Below, piece after piece: positions 1 to 9,833 of a stretch of 64,000 nucleotides of DNA. Within the stretch, counting starts at the first letter, position 1. The number at the start of each line of letters is the position of its first letter. The notes under the pieces were generated by a model. The model ran no database searches and was not told the DNA's origin. It was given only the letters and a program-made list of their open reading frames with translations. The stretch covers positions 18,674 to 82,673 of the forward strand of contig DDYN01000013.1 of the NCBI GenBank assembly GCA_002347965.1, in the 5' to 3' direction. Source of the stretch: Nitrospirae bacterium UBA2233 (GTDB lineage: Bacteria; UBA2233). The position numbers were made by a program, and so were the translations under genes.

Positions 1-683
1 CCTTTCCGATCCAAACGCTCAAAGCAGGCTCGCTTGGAACGTTCAACATGCTCGGCCTAGCAAAAGCCAAAAACGCAGACTTCGTCCTCGCCTCAACGTC
101 TGAAGTATACGGCGACCCGGCAGAGCACCCCCAGAAAGAAACCTACTGGGGCAACGTCAACCCAGTGGGCCCGAGGGCTGTGTACGACGAGTCAAAACGG
201 TTTGCCGAGGCGCTTTCGATGGCCTACATGCAAAAACACGGGATGCCCTCGCGAATTGCCAGAATCTTCAATACTTACGGCCCACGCATGCGGAGCGATG
301 ACGGCCGCGCAGTCCCGACGTTCGTCATGCAGGCGTTAAAAAACGAGCCCATCACGATCCACGGGGACGGAACCCAGACCAGAAGCTTTTGCTATATCGA
401 CGATTTGATCGACGGGCTTATCGCCCTCATTCATTCAAATGTCACCGGCCCCATTAACCTGGGCAATCCGCTGGAAACTTCTATCCTGGAAGTCGTACAA
501 TGGATCATAAAGCTCGCAGATAGCGCATCCCCCATCGTCCACATCGAGCCCTTGCCAGATAACCCCAGAAGGAGGAACCCCGACATTGCGCTTGCAAAGC
601 TCCATCTGGGGTTTGCTCCCAAAGTGGGAATTCAAGAGGGGCTCGCCAAAACGATTGCCTATTACAGAGCTAGCATTGCCTAA
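1..683 (+). CDS. NAD-dependent epimerase/dehydratase (UDP-glucuronate decarboxylase / dTDP-glucose 4,6-dehydratase-like), C-terminal part; 5' end lies upstream of the window
   Basis: The reading frame is open from nt 3. Motifs include [15 protein letters not shown] and NTYGPRM, typical of extended-SDR sugar-nucleotide enzymes. Confidence 0.8.
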   Translation, partial: FPIQTLKAGSLGTFNMLGLAKAKNADFVLASTSEVYGDPAEHPQKETYWGNVNPVGPRAVYDESKRFAEALSMAYMQKHGMPSRIARIFNTYGPRMRSDDGRAVPTFVMQALKNEPITIHGDGTQTRSFCYIDDLIDGLIALIHSNVTGPINLGNPLETSILEVVQWIIKLADSASPIVHIEPLPDNPRRRNPDIALAKLHLGFAPKVGIQEGLAKTIAYYRASIA

Positions 684-723
684 TCCTGCCCTAGAGCCTA
701 AGGAAGCCTAAAAAACCGCCAGA

Positions 724-2523
724 ATGACGAATACCCCTACGATTCGCAACTTTTCTATCATTGCCCATGTAGACCACGGCAAATCGACGCTTGCCGATAG
801 GCTACTAGAGCGCACGGGCCTGGTAAACGTGCGAACGATGCGCCCGCAGTTCTTAGACCGGCTCGAGATCGAGAGGGAGCGGGGGATCACCATCAAGGCT
901 CAGACGGTAAGAATGCCCTACGCCCACCCAGAGCTCGGGTTGTTTTTGCTCAACATGATCGATACGCCGGGCCATGTCGATTTCGGCTACGAGGTTTCAA
1001 GAAGCCTGGCCGCATGCGAAGGGGCACTGCTTTTGGTCGATGCCTCCCAAGGGGTAGAGGCCCAAACGCTCGCCAACGCCTATCTCGCCGTGGACCAAGG
1101 GCTTGAAGTCGTTTTGGTCATCAACAAGATTGACCTTCCCTCCGCTAGGCCCGAAGATGTCCGAGCGGAAGTGGAAAACCTGCTCGGGCTTGACGCATCC
1201 AACGCCATCCTAGCCTCGGCCAAAGAGGGGGTTGGCATCGAGGCGATCCTCGATGCGCTCGTGCGCAGGATTCCCCCACCAAAAGGGACCCTGGAAAACC
1301 CGTTGCAGGCGCTTATTTTTGACAGCTGGTTCGATTCCTACAGGGGGGTTATCCTTCTTGTCCGCGTGTTCGAGGGAACGCTCACCCCGAACACCGCCGT
1401 GGAGATCGCCTCCAGCGGGGAACACTTCCAGATCGAGGAGCTTGGCGTTTTCCAGCCGGACGCTACCCCATCCAGCCAGCTTGGCTCCGGCGAGGTAGGC
1501 TACGTGATTTTGGGAATCAAAGAAATCCTAAAAGCCCGGGTGGGAGATACGCTGATCGACCCGAAGCGGCGTGCCGCGGCGCTTCCAGGATTCCGAACGA
1601 TACAACCAAACGTTTACGCCGGCGTCTTTCCCGTTCGTTCGGACGACCTCGGTAAACTAAGACACTCCCTCGAGAAGTTAAGCCTCAACGACGCTTCGAT
1701 TCAGATCGAACCCGAGACCTCCAGAGCGCTAGGCTTCGGGTTTCGGCTAGGCTTTCTTGGGATGCTGCACATGGAGATCGTCCAGGAAAGGCTTGAGCGC
1801 GAGTATGGGCTGGACTTAGTCATCACCTCGCCAACTGTCAAGTACCGAGCCTTTTTAGTAGACGGGAATATCTTGGAAATTTCCAACCCCTCCGATTTGC
1901 CCCCGCCCAACAAGGTCGAACGAATCGAGGAGCCCTTCCTCAACTTAACGGTATACACGCCCGAAGTTTACCTAGGCCAGGTCCTTAAGCTTCTCGAAGA
2001 GAAACGGGGCGTGCAAAAGGGCATCACGTACCCATCCGCCTTAAGGGTTGTACTGACGTACGAGATTCCGCTGGCCGAGATCATCATGGATTTTCACGAC
2101 AGGCTCAAATCTCTTTCCAGGGGTTATGCCTCGATGGATTACGCGTTCCTAGGCTATAAGCCTTCTGATTTGGTGAAGCTAGACATTCTCGTCAATCAAG
2201 AAAGCGTAGACGCCCTGTCTTTGCTTGTTCCTCAGAGCAAAGCATATACCAAGGCCCGCGCGCTCGTAGACACGTTGAAATCCACCATTCCCCGACAACT
2301 GTTCGAGGTTGCCATCCAAGCGTCGATCGGCTCCAGGGTAATCGCAAGGAGCTCCGTCTCGGCGCTGCGCAAGAACGTAACGGCCAAATGTTACGGTGGG
2401 GATATCACAAGGAAACGAAAACTTCTTGAAAAACAGAAAGAAGGCAAGAAAAGGCTTAAAATGGTGGGCAACGTCGAGATCCCACAAGAGGCCTTTCTGG
2501 CCGTTTTAAAAATGGAGAAATAG
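724..2523 (+). CDS. lepA: Elongation factor 4 (LepA)
   Basis: 599 aa with an N-terminal GTPase ([21 protein letters not shown]) and the LepA-specific C-terminal region. ATG start. Confidence 0.95.
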   Translation: MTNTPTIRNFSIIAHVDHGKSTLADRLLERTGLVNVRTMRPQFLDRLEIERERGITIKAQTVRMPYAHPELGLFLLNMIDTPGHVDFGYEVSRSLAACEGALLLVDASQGVEAQTLANAYLAVDQGLEVVLVINKIDLPSARPEDVRAEVENLLGLDASNAILASAKEGVGIEAILDALVRRIPPPKGTLENPLQALIFDSWFDSYRGVILLVRVFEGTLTPNTAVEIASSGEHFQIEELGVFQPDATPSSQLGSGEVGYVILGIKEILKARVGDTLIDPKRRAAALPGFRTIQPNVYAGVFPVRSDDLGKLRHSLEKLSLNDASIQIEPETSRALGFGFRLGFLGMLHMEIVQERLEREYGLDLVITSPTVKYRAFLVDGNILEISNPSDLPPPNKVERIEEPFLNLTVYTPEVYLGQVLKLLEEKRGVQKGITYPSALRVVLTYEIPLAEIIMDFHDRLKSLSRGYASMDYAFLGYKPSDLVKLDILVNQESVDALSLLVPQSKAYTKARALVDTLKSTIPRQLFEVAIQASIGSRVIARSSVSALRKNVTAKCYGGDITRKRKLLEKQKEGKKRLKMVGNVEIPQEAFLAVLKMEK

Positions 2524-2526
2524 CAG

Positions 2527-3174
2527 GTGTACCCTTCAAGAGAAGAAGTGGCGACAAACGAGAAGACGTCGAAAAAGAGCATCGTCCTGGAGTATGCCAA
2601 GTCTTTGCTCATCGCGCTCGTACTCGCGTTGTTCGTGCGCACGTTCTTCGTGCAAGCCTACAAGATCCCCTCGGGGTCGATGCTCGAAACGCTAAAGATC
2701 GGCGACCACATCCTGGTCGAGAAGTTCCTGTTCGGGACGCACATTCCTTTTACCGACATCGTCGTCCTTCCTTTCAGGCAACCCAAACGGGGTGACGTCG
2801 TCGTTTTTCGCTATCCATCAGACCCAAGCCTCGATTTTATCAAGCGTATCATCGCTGTGCCCGGCGATACCGTTCAAGGTGTCAACAAAGACATTTACGT
2901 GAACGGAAAGAAGCTAAAAGAGCCCTACATTCAACATATCGACAATTTTGTCCTGCCTGCCTACATTTCCCCGAGGGACAATTTCGGACCTCTTCGCGTC
3001 CCTAAAGACAGCTATTTCGCCATGGGGGACAACCGGGACAACTCCAAGGACAGCCGCTTTTGGGGGTTCGTCCCCAGGCGCAATATTAAAGGAAAGGCCA
3101 TGGTGATCTACTTTTCCTGGGATAGCACAGCCCACAGTGTGCGCTTAAGCCGCATAGGGGACATCGTTCATTAA
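2527..3174 (+). CDS. lepB: Signal peptidase I
   Basis: GTG start 4 nt after the lepA stop, preceded by a GGAG RBS. Contains the catalytic SGSM(LE) serine box, the lysine region and GDNRDNSKDSR. Confidence 0.9.
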   Translation: MYPSREEVATNEKTSKKSIVLEYAKSLLIALVLALFVRTFFVQAYKIPSGSMLETLKIGDHILVEKFLFGTHIPFTDIVVLPFRQPKRGDVVVFRYPSDPSLDFIKRIIAVPGDTVQGVNKDIYVNGKKLKEPYIQHIDNFVLPAYISPRDNFGPLRVPKDSYFAMGDNRDNSKDSRFWGFVPRRNIKGKAMVIYFSWDSTAHSVRLSRIGDIVH

Positions 3175-3199
3175 TCAACCAACAGAAGGAGGGCCACCT

Positions 3200-3565
3200 A
3201 TGGACAATCGAGAATCATCCGAAACTCAAGAGACGCAAGCGCAGGCTGAGGCGCTCACGATCGAGGCGCTTCTTGCACCGGCCTACCAGACGGTCGAGAA
3301 TCAGCTCCGGCTGGTCGAGCTCGACGTCAAACGCTTCATTAACCAGTTGGCAGGGCTCCGGGAGCAGATCGATGCCAACCCCCAGTACACAATAGGTAAG
3401 GCAGGCCAGATCTCCACTCAGATCCTTAACGCCATTCAAAAGATGGGGGCTATTCAGCAGACATCGGCCGAACTCATCGCAAACATGGAGGCCGAAGGCC
3501 GGAGACTCATCGAATCCCACCAGGCGGTTTGCAAGGCGCCAGCCAACCAGGAAGAGGCCGTTTAG
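3200..3565 (+). CDS. Hypothetical coiled-coil protein (121 aa)
   Basis: Strong RBS GAAGGAGGG 7 nt upstream of the ATG. Gln/Ala-rich helical sequence with no recognised domain. Confidence 0.5.
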   Translation: MDNRESSETQETQAQAEALTIEALLAPAYQTVENQLRLVELDVKRFINQLAGLREQIDANPQYTIGKAGQISTQILNAIQKMGAIQQTSAELIANMEAEGRRLIESHQAVCKAPANQEEAV

Positions 3566-3571
3566 TACGGC

Positions 3572-4303
3572 CTAAGAAGAGAGCCGCCCCTCCTTACCGA
3601 AACCGGTTAAGGAGTGGGCGGAAATCCTCGGAAGAAGGCGTACTCTCGTTCCTTGTTCTTTGATTGACCTGCAGATCGTCGTCAGGTAGATGCGCCTTTG
3701 AAGAAATGTGCTGTACTTGCTCACCGTTGTCCGGTCGAATACCTTCCAGCCAAGTCGCCGGAAAAGTTCGGCGCGCCGCCTTGTTTCGAACGTAAGCATC
3801 TGCCCGTAAACAACATCCTCCCCCCGCTTGGCTACCTCCTTCAAGAATTGTTCGAGTAGCACCTTTGCAACTCCCGCGTTCCGGTAGGCTTCTTGAACGT
3901 TAAAATGGAAATGGGCTCCATGAAGAGGGACCTTGGGTATCTCCCTCCACCCTTTTAGGCAAAGCCACAGACAGAACCGTAAGGAGTCCTTATCGTACCG
4001 GCCTAGCATAATCTTTCCGAGTACCGCCACGACAAACCCAGGCAAGCGGGTCGCCCTATAAAGGCGATAACGCCACCTCCTCACGCTCCCTACGATGTAG
4101 CCTATCACCACTCCGTTAGGATCGAGGGCGACGAAGGCCAGGTCTGGCTCAACGCTCAAATAGTATCCTGTGAGATACTTTGAGAACAGCCGGGTATCCT
4201 TGAAGACGCGATCGATAGGCCTTCCAAGAAAGCCGGTTTCGCAGCAGAGCGCCTCGAGGCCGCTTTGGAATGATTGCCGGTAAGGAACGACTTGAAAATG
4301 CAC
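3572..4303 (-). CDS. GNAT family N-acetyltransferase
   Basis: GTG start with a GGGAAGGGG RBS. The C-terminal half carries acetyl-CoA binding motif A-like sequence (RNAGVAKVLLEQF...GWKVF). Confidence 0.65.
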   Translation of the reverse strand: MHFQVVPYRQSFQSGLEALCCETGFLGRPIDRVFKDTRLFSKYLTGYYLSVEPDLAFVALDPNGVVIGYIVGSVRRWRYRLYRATRLPGFVVAVLGKIMLGRYDKDSLRFCLWLCLKGWREIPKVPLHGAHFHFNVQEAYRNAGVAKVLLEQFLKEVAKRGEDVVYGQMLTFETRRRAELFRRLGWKVFDRTTVSKYSTFLQRRIYLTTICRSIKEQGTRVRLLPRISAHSLTGFGKEGRLSS

Positions 4304-4400
4304 CTAAAGCCCCTTCCCTTGGGAAGTACAAGCGAATTAAAATTCTTGCAACCGGATTATACTACCACAGCTTAAACAGGAACCCCTCGTGCCCTCCCGG

Positions 4401-4429
4401 TTGACATCAGTTGATTATTGTACTATATT
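4401..4429 (+). promoter_or_regulatory. Near-consensus sigma70 promoter for the peroxiredoxin gene
   Basis: -35 TTGACA (4401-4406), a 17-nt spacer, then -10 TATATT (4424-4429). An AGGAG RBS lies 7 nt before the ATG at 4521. Confidence 0.45.
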
Positions 4430-4520
4430 GCTCATATTAGGCTCTTGTCCGCCCGGGCTCTAAAAAGCTGGGTGTCCATGAGTTTTGTGAAAAAACAACC
4501 ACAAGCAACAGGAGAAACAC

Positions 4521-5039
4521 ATGATTCAGGTTCGCTCCCAAGCCCCGGATTTCTCGTGTAACGCGTACCTAAAAGGAAACAACCAGCCTGTGAAAGTGAG
4601 CCTCGCGGATTATCGCGGAAAGTGGGCGGTCTTATTCTTCTACCCGATGGACTTTACGTTCGTATGCCCCACGGAGCTCAGAGCCTTCGCCGAAGCAAAG
4701 CACGAGATCGAGTCGCTTGGGGGAGCCGTTGTCGCCGCCTCGTGTGACAGCTTTTACTCGCACCTTGCCTGGTTTTCCAGAGATCTTCCGGAGGTAGATT
4801 ACCCCGTACTTGCCGATAAGACAGGAGAAATTGCCCGCAAGTACGGAATTTACCTCGAAAGCGAAGGAATTTCTTTGAGGGGGTTGTTCATTGTAGACCC
4901 TAACGGCGTGCTCCGCTACCAGGTTGTAACAGACTTAGGCGTAGGCCGCGCGACCGAAGAAACCATCCGCGTTCTCCAGGCTCTGCAAACCGGCGCCAAC
5001 TGTCCAGCAAACTGGAAGCCGGGCCAAAAAACGCTCTAA
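4521..5039 (+). CDS. 2-Cys peroxiredoxin (AhpC/TSA family)
   Basis: Peroxidatic Cys in the FTFVCPTE motif. The family fold is conserved across 172 aa. Confidence 0.9.
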   Translation: MIQVRSQAPDFSCNAYLKGNNQPVKVSLADYRGKWAVLFFYPMDFTFVCPTELRAFAEAKHEIESLGGAVVAASCDSFYSHLAWFSRDLPEVDYPVLADKTGEIARKYGIYLESEGISLRGLFIVDPNGVLRYQVVTDLGVGRATEETIRVLQALQTGANCPANWKPGQKTL

Positions 5040-5057
5040 AGGGGCGAGGTCAAACAC

Positions 5058-5088
5058 AAAAAAGGCGGGGGGAAGCCCCGCCTTTTTT
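5058..5088. terminator. Bidirectional rho-independent terminator between the convergent peroxiredoxin and trxB genes
   Basis: An A-run, then a GGCGGGG stem, a ggaa loop and a CCCCGCC stem, then a T-run. Confidence 0.7.
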
Positions 5089-5089
5089 G

Positions 5090-6052
5090 TTAGGCTTTGC
5101 CTTGAAAAGAGGCCTCATGTTCCTCGAGGAATCGTTCGGCCAGGATCGCGGCCATACATCCCGAACCCGCTGCCGTGACCGCCTGCCGAAACGCGGAGTC
5201 TTGGACGTCCCCGCAGGCAAACACGCCTTCGATCGATGTCCTGACGTTTTCATGCGTCAGGATATACCCCCTCTCGTCCGTCGCCAACTTCCCCATGAAG
5301 AGTTTTGTGTTAGGCTCGTGGCCGATAGCGATGAACAGCCCGTCGAGAGACACCTCTTCTTTTTTGTTTGTCTTCACGTCGAGAAGAACCGCTCCCTGAA
5401 GCCCATTCTTAGCATCTCCAATCAAGTCGGCGACCACGCGATTCCACAGGAATTCGATCTTTGGGTTGGACAACGCGCGCTCTTGCATGATCTTCGAGGC
5501 CCTAAGGGCGTCCCTACGGTGAATGACCTTCACTTTCGTCGCAAAGCGCGTCAAAAACAGCGCTTCTTCCAAGGCCGTATCGCCACCCCCGACGATGGCC
5601 ACCTCTTTGCCCCTGAAAAAGAACCCGTCGCAGGTGGCGCAGGCGCTCAGCCCCTTCCCCATAAACTGCTTTTCTTTTTCCAGTCCAAGGAGCTTCGCCG
5701 AGGCCCCGGTTGCGATAATCACCGTATCTGCCTCAAGCTCGCCGCCATCGAACGTGACACAAAACGGCCGAAGGGTGAAATCAACGGAAGTAGCGGGCTT
5801 GGCGATGATTTGCGCGCCAAACCTAGCCGCTTGCTGACGCATCTTTTCCATAAACTCCGGCCCTTGAACGCCCTCCGGAAAACCCGGAAAGTTTTCGACC
5901 TCGGTTGTGGTCGTCAATTGACCGCCCGGAATGGGGCCTTCAAGCACGCAAGTCTTCAGACAGGCCCTGGAAGCGTAAATCGCGGCCGTAAGCCCGGCAG
6001 GACCGCTTCCCAAGATTACAACGTCAAAGCCTGCCGTTTGAGTCTGCGCCAT
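5090..6052 (-). CDS. trxB: Thioredoxin-disulfide reductase
   Basis: GSGPAG FAD site and the CATC redox-active motif. The likely start is ATG at 6052, with a GGAGG RBS lying inside the 3' end of the upstream gene. Confidence 0.9.
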   Translation of the reverse strand: MAQTQTAGFDVVILGSGPAGLTAAIYASRACLKTCVLEGPIPGGQLTTTTEVENFPGFPEGVQGPEFMEKMRQQAARFGAQIIAKPATSVDFTLRPFCVTFDGGELEADTVIIATGASAKLLGLEKEKQFMGKGLSACATCDGFFFRGKEVAIVGGGDTALEEALFLTRFATKVKVIHRRDALRASKIMQERALSNPKIEFLWNRVVADLIGDAKNGLQGAVLLDVKTNKKEEVSLDGLFIAIGHEPNTKLFMGKLATDERGYILTHENVRTSIEGVFACGDVQDSAFRQAVTAAGSGCMAAILAERFLEEHEASFQGKA

Positions 6053-6059
6053 CTCTAAA

Positions 6060-6539
6060 CTAACCTCCATAGTGCCAAGGCGTGTCCGCAAGCGTCATGA
6101 GCGGCTCGTCCTGCTTGAGTACCGAATCGATCACTTCGACGATAAACACGCTATGGTCACCCCTCTTGACGATCTCAAAGACACGCGTTTCTACCCAGCC
6201 AAACGCCTCTTCAATGACCGGAGAGGCCGTGTGGTTGGTCAACGTGAAACGATGGCCGTTGATCTTTTCGCCCTCTTGCACCGAGGGACGGAAAAAAGCG
6301 GAAGCGATCTCTTGCTGGCCCTGCTTCAAAAAACTCACGGCCAACGCCTTCGAGGCTTCCGCAAGGCTATGCAGCTTTGAACCCCCTTGAAGCGCCACCA
6401 TCAACATCGGGGGCCGGAACGACGCTTGAGCAAGCCAGTTGACCGTTCCTGCCGAAACCTCTTCTCCGGCCTTGGCGCCGACGATGAACAGCCCGTAAGG
6501 AATTTTTCGTAAGAGCGTTTTTTTTGCTTCCTCGTCCAT
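6060..6539 (-). CDS. Flavin reductase-like (FMN-binding split-barrel) protein
   Basis: ATG at 6539 with an AGGAGG RBS. About 160 aa with Flavin_Reduct-like sequence. The stop lies 7 nt before the trxB start, indicating an operon. Confidence 0.7.
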   Translation of the reverse strand: MDEEAKKTLLRKIPYGLFIVGAKAGEEVSAGTVNWLAQASFRPPMLMVALQGGSKLHSLAEASKALAVSFLKQGQQEIASAFFRPSVQEGEKINGHRFTLTNHTASPVIEEAFGWVETRVFEIVKRGDHSVFIVEVIDSVLKQDEPLMTLADTPWHYGG

Positions 6540-6774
6540 ATATACCTCCTTTGGTTGGTTTGCGCGGAGGCAGGCCCTATCAGCCCGCACTGGCTAGTAT
6601 GTTTAGTTTAGCAAAAACTAGCGCGGGTTTGCACGTGCTATATATTCGGGCTTATTCTGGATTTGACTAGAATCTATTTATATGCCTAAATGAACCTTTT
6701 AAGGAGTAGTTTTGCACCGCGGCAAGCCTAGGTTAACCGGGTCTGTATCTAAACTCAAAAAAAGGAGGAAAACC

Positions 6775-7710
6775 ATGGCCATTCTAGAAGGCAGAGTCGC
6801 AATTGTCACGGGAGCAGGGAGGGGGATTGGAAAAGAAGAAGCCATAGAGCTCGCCCGCAACGGCGCCAAGGTAGTAATCAACGACGTAGGGGCTCATTTT
6901 GACGGGACCGGTGCCGACCACACACCGTCCCAGCAAGTCGCGGATGAAATCAAGGCATTCGGCGGAGAAGCCGTCGTCAACTACGAGTCCGTATCCGACT
7001 TTGCCGGCGCCAAGCGGATTATCGAGTGCGCGTTGGACACATTCGGCGAGCTCCACATCGTCGTGAACAACGCGGGGATATTAAGAGACAGAATGATCTT
7101 CAACATGGCCGAAGAAGATTTCGACGCGGTCATAAACGTGCATTTGAAGGGGACGTTCAACGTCAGCCGCCATGCCTGCGCCTACTTCAGGGAGGCAAAC
7201 AAGGCGGGCAAAGACCTGCAGCCCAGGATCATCAACACCGCCTCGGACGCCGGGCTTTTGGGCAACCCTGGTCAGGCCAATTACGGCGCGGCCAAGGCAG
7301 GAATCGCCACCATGTCCATCGTTATCGATATGGAGATGTCCCGGTACGGCGTGGCCTGCAACTGCATCGCACCCCTAGCAAGAACACGCCTAACGGTAGA
7401 CGCCACGCCTTCAACGGCGGCGATCATGGGCCAAACATTCGAGGGCGACTTCGACCCCTTCCACCCCAAACATATCGCTCCGCTGGTTGCCTACTTAGGC
7501 TCCGTCGAGGCGGGCTCCATCCATGGCCAAGTATTTCGGGTAGGCGCGGGTACCGTTTGGGGGATGCAAGGATGGCATAGCGTAGCCAAGATATCGAAGA
7601 AAGGGTTCCTCACGGTAGAAGAACTTTCTAAACGCATGCAAGAGGAGCTGTTGCCAAAGCTCCCACCCAAAGAAGAAATTACGGCCGTTTTTACCGAAAT
7701 TCAATTTTAA
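6775..7710 (+). CDS. SDR family oxidoreductase (3-hydroxyacyl-CoA dehydrogenase-like)
   Basis: ATG at 6775 with an AAGGAGG RBS. TGAGRGIG Rossmann motif and a Y-x3-K (YGAAK) catalytic motif. Confidence 0.8.
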   Translation: MAILEGRVAIVTGAGRGIGKEEAIELARNGAKVVINDVGAHFDGTGADHTPSQQVADEIKAFGGEAVVNYESVSDFAGAKRIIECALDTFGELHIVVNNAGILRDRMIFNMAEEDFDAVINVHLKGTFNVSRHACAYFREANKAGKDLQPRIINTASDAGLLGNPGQANYGAAKAGIATMSIVIDMEMSRYGVACNCIAPLARTRLTVDATPSTAAIMGQTFEGDFDPFHPKHIAPLVAYLGSVEAGSIHGQVFRVGAGTVWGMQGWHSVAKISKKGFLTVEELSKRMQEELLPKLPPKEEITAVFTEIQF

Positions 7711-7712
7711 GC

Positions 7713-8201
7713 GTGCGAATACTCGTCGTCTGTCACGCGAACACGTTCCGCTCGCCCATGGCTTGGGCCCTCCTTCAGAGGGCCCTTGTACCATGGAGAG
7801 GGCTTTTCGAGCTCGATTCGGGAGGAATCGGAACGCACGCCCGCGAGGGAGGGCTGATGTCGCTAGATGCCAGGCTTTCCCTGAAAGAGGCGGGCATCGA
7901 GCTTGACGAAAACGCCTTCCGCTCGAAGGACTTAAAGCGGCACCCCGAGGCGGTATTCGGCGCAGACTTGGTTATCGCGATGACACAAGAGCAATGCTCG
8001 TTGCTCTTGGACGCATTCCCGGAGATCAACCCTGGCATTGTCCACACCTGGCTCGCCCTTGCCGATGAGTCCGGCGACATCGAAGACCCTTGCGGGAAAG
8101 GCCCCGAAGGGGCTGGAGCATGTCTTCGTGAACTCGAACGAACGCTCCCTTCGGTCGTGAACAATCTTCTTGGGTTAGCCCTAAAATCTTTTACGCCTTA
8201 A
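7713..8201 (+). CDS. Low-molecular-weight protein-tyrosine phosphatase / ArsC-like
   Basis: GTG start 2 nt after the SDR stop. Contains the CX5R P-loop (CHANTFRS). Confidence 0.8.
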   Translation: MRILVVCHANTFRSPMAWALLQRALVPWRGLFELDSGGIGTHAREGGLMSLDARLSLKEAGIELDENAFRSKDLKRHPEAVFGADLVIAMTQEQCSLLLDAFPEINPGIVHTWLALADESGDIEDPCGKGPEGAGACLRELERTLPSVVNNLLGLALKSFTP

Positions 8202-9688
8202 GCAACCCCCTCTAAGAAGGAAAGGAGCAGGCGTACAGGCGTACCCGTCGGGCCTACAGGCAAAAACCCGCCTTCTTTGTCGTTCCAGGCCGTACCCGCG
8301 ACGTCAAGATGAACCCACGGCACATTCTTTACGTATGGCTTCAAGAAGGCAGCGGCCGTAATCGTACCCGCCGCTCCATCGCCGACGTTCTTGAAGTCTG
8401 CGTAGGGGGTCTTGAGGGCCTCTGCGTACTCATCCCATAGCGGCAATTGCCAAACCCTCTCGCCCGTCCTTTCGCCCGAGCGGAAGAACGCTTCGATGGT
8501 TCCTTGATCCGCTGTCCCCAAAAGCCCGGAGGCCAGATGCCCGAGGGCAACGACGCAGGCACCAGTGAGCGTGGCGATGTCGACGATCAGGTCGGGACTT
8601 TTCGAAAGCGCATAATCTAGGCCGTCGGCAAGGATCAGCCTACCCTCGGCATCTGTATTGACTACTTCGACTGTCCTTCCTGCACGCAGCGTGATGACAT
8701 CGCCAGGCCTGGCAGCCCTGCCGGAAGGCATATTTTCAACAGCGGGGATAATCCCGATCACCCTCACGGGGAGCTTAATCTCGCAAAGCGCCCGGATCAA
8801 CCCCAAAACAGCCACACCCCCCGACTTGTCGTACTTCATCTTGTCCATGTCTTTGCCGGGCTTCAAGGAAATCCCGCCGGAATCGAACGTCACGGCTTTC
8901 CCGACGAGGGCGACGGTGCGTGAGGCATTTTGAGGGACATACTCGAGTACGATGAACCTAGGAGGGTTTTCGCTGCCGGCCGATACGGCAAGCACCCCCC
9001 CCATCCGCTCCTTCTCGATCTCTTCTTGACCGAGTACCTCCACGCGGAGCAAGTTGGGATACGCCTTGGCCAGCCCCCTTGCCTCTTCGGCAAGGGCGTT
9101 AGGCGTGGCTAGATTCCCCGGGCGGGTGTTGAACGCTCTGGTCCAGTTGACGGCCTCGATGACACGCCCGGCCTTCAAAAGGACCCTCTTGCCTTCTTCG
9201 GGGTCAAGCACAAGGCTCTTGAACCACGCCGCTTGAAGCATTGGGGGCTTGTGCGCTCCCTCTTCGGATTCGCACAGGCTGGTTTTAAAAATGCCTAGGT
9301 CGAAAGTTCCTACCCCCAACCCAATTACAGCCTCTTCGAGTACCGTTTCGGGCGAAAGCCCTTCAAACCCGGGCAGGACGAAAGCCGCCTTTTCAACGTA
9401 ACGGCCAACAAGCTCCCTGCCCACGCGGGAGAACGCCTTCCTTATGCGGTCCAACGTAGCAGGCTTGCATCCCAACCCGTACAAAATCAAGGGGGCTTGA
9501 TCGGCGAAAAGAAACGTGGTCTTGCCATCACAACATGGGCGTCCGATACAGAGGGCCCTTTCGACGGCCTCCATGACGCCTTTTGGAAGGCTAGAGAGGT
9601 ACGCCTCCTTTTCTTTTCCCTCTTTTGTCAAGAATAACACGCACGGCACGCCCTCTCCTGGGAAGTCTTCCATCCAGGCCAAATCCAC
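8198..9688 (-). CDS. pepA: Leucyl aminopeptidase (M17)
   Basis: NTDAEGRL signature. The start is most likely GTG at 9688, where a GGAGGG RBS lies 6 nt upstream, rather than the longer annotated ORF. Confidence 0.85.
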   Translation of the reverse strand: MDLAWMEDFPGEGVPCVLFLTKEGKEKEAYLSSLPKGVMEAVERALCIGRPCCDGKTTFLFADQAPLILYGLGCKPATLDRIRKAFSRVGRELVGRYVEKAAFVLPGFEGLSPETVLEEAVIGLGVGTFDLGIFKTSLCESEEGAHKPPMLQAAWFKSLVLDPEEGKRVLLKAGRVIEAVNWTRAFNTRPGNLATPNALAEEARGLAKAYPNLLRVEVLGQEEIEKERMGGVLAVSAGSENPPRFIVLEYVPQNASRTVALVGKAVTFDSGGISLKPGKDMDKMKYDKSGGVAVLGLIRALCEIKLPVRVIGIIPAVENMPSGRAARPGDVITLRAGRTVEVVNTDAEGRLILADGLDYALSKSPDLIVDIATLTGACVVALGHLASGLLGTADQGTIEAFFRSGERTGERVWQLPLWDEYAEALKTPYADFKNVGDGAAGTITAAAFLKPYVKNVPWVHLDVAGTAWNDKEGGFLPVGPTGTPVRLLLSFLEGVA

Positions 9689-9833
9689 CGCTATCCCTCC
9701 TCCGTTGTATTCGTCTTTCTTCGAGAATACTAATTTAGCAAAACATCGGCATCCACGGCCAGGGTTCGGCCATTCGCTCGAAAGAGGGCGATTTGCTAAA
9801 ATGAAAAAACGCAAACATCTATTGGAAAGGCCC

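Noticed and set aside
5087-6058. 323-aa ORF antisense to trxB
   Set aside because: It is a mirror frame of a well-supported gene and has no RBS or known motifs.
7026-7580. 184-aa Arg-rich ORF inside the SDR gene
   Set aside because: It is an alternative frame of a high-GC coding region with low-complexity R/G/Q composition.
9516-9800. N-terminal 95 codons of the long Pat ORF
   Set aside because: They overlap the convergent pepA coding region. The conserved Pat N-terminus and the RBS both start downstream.
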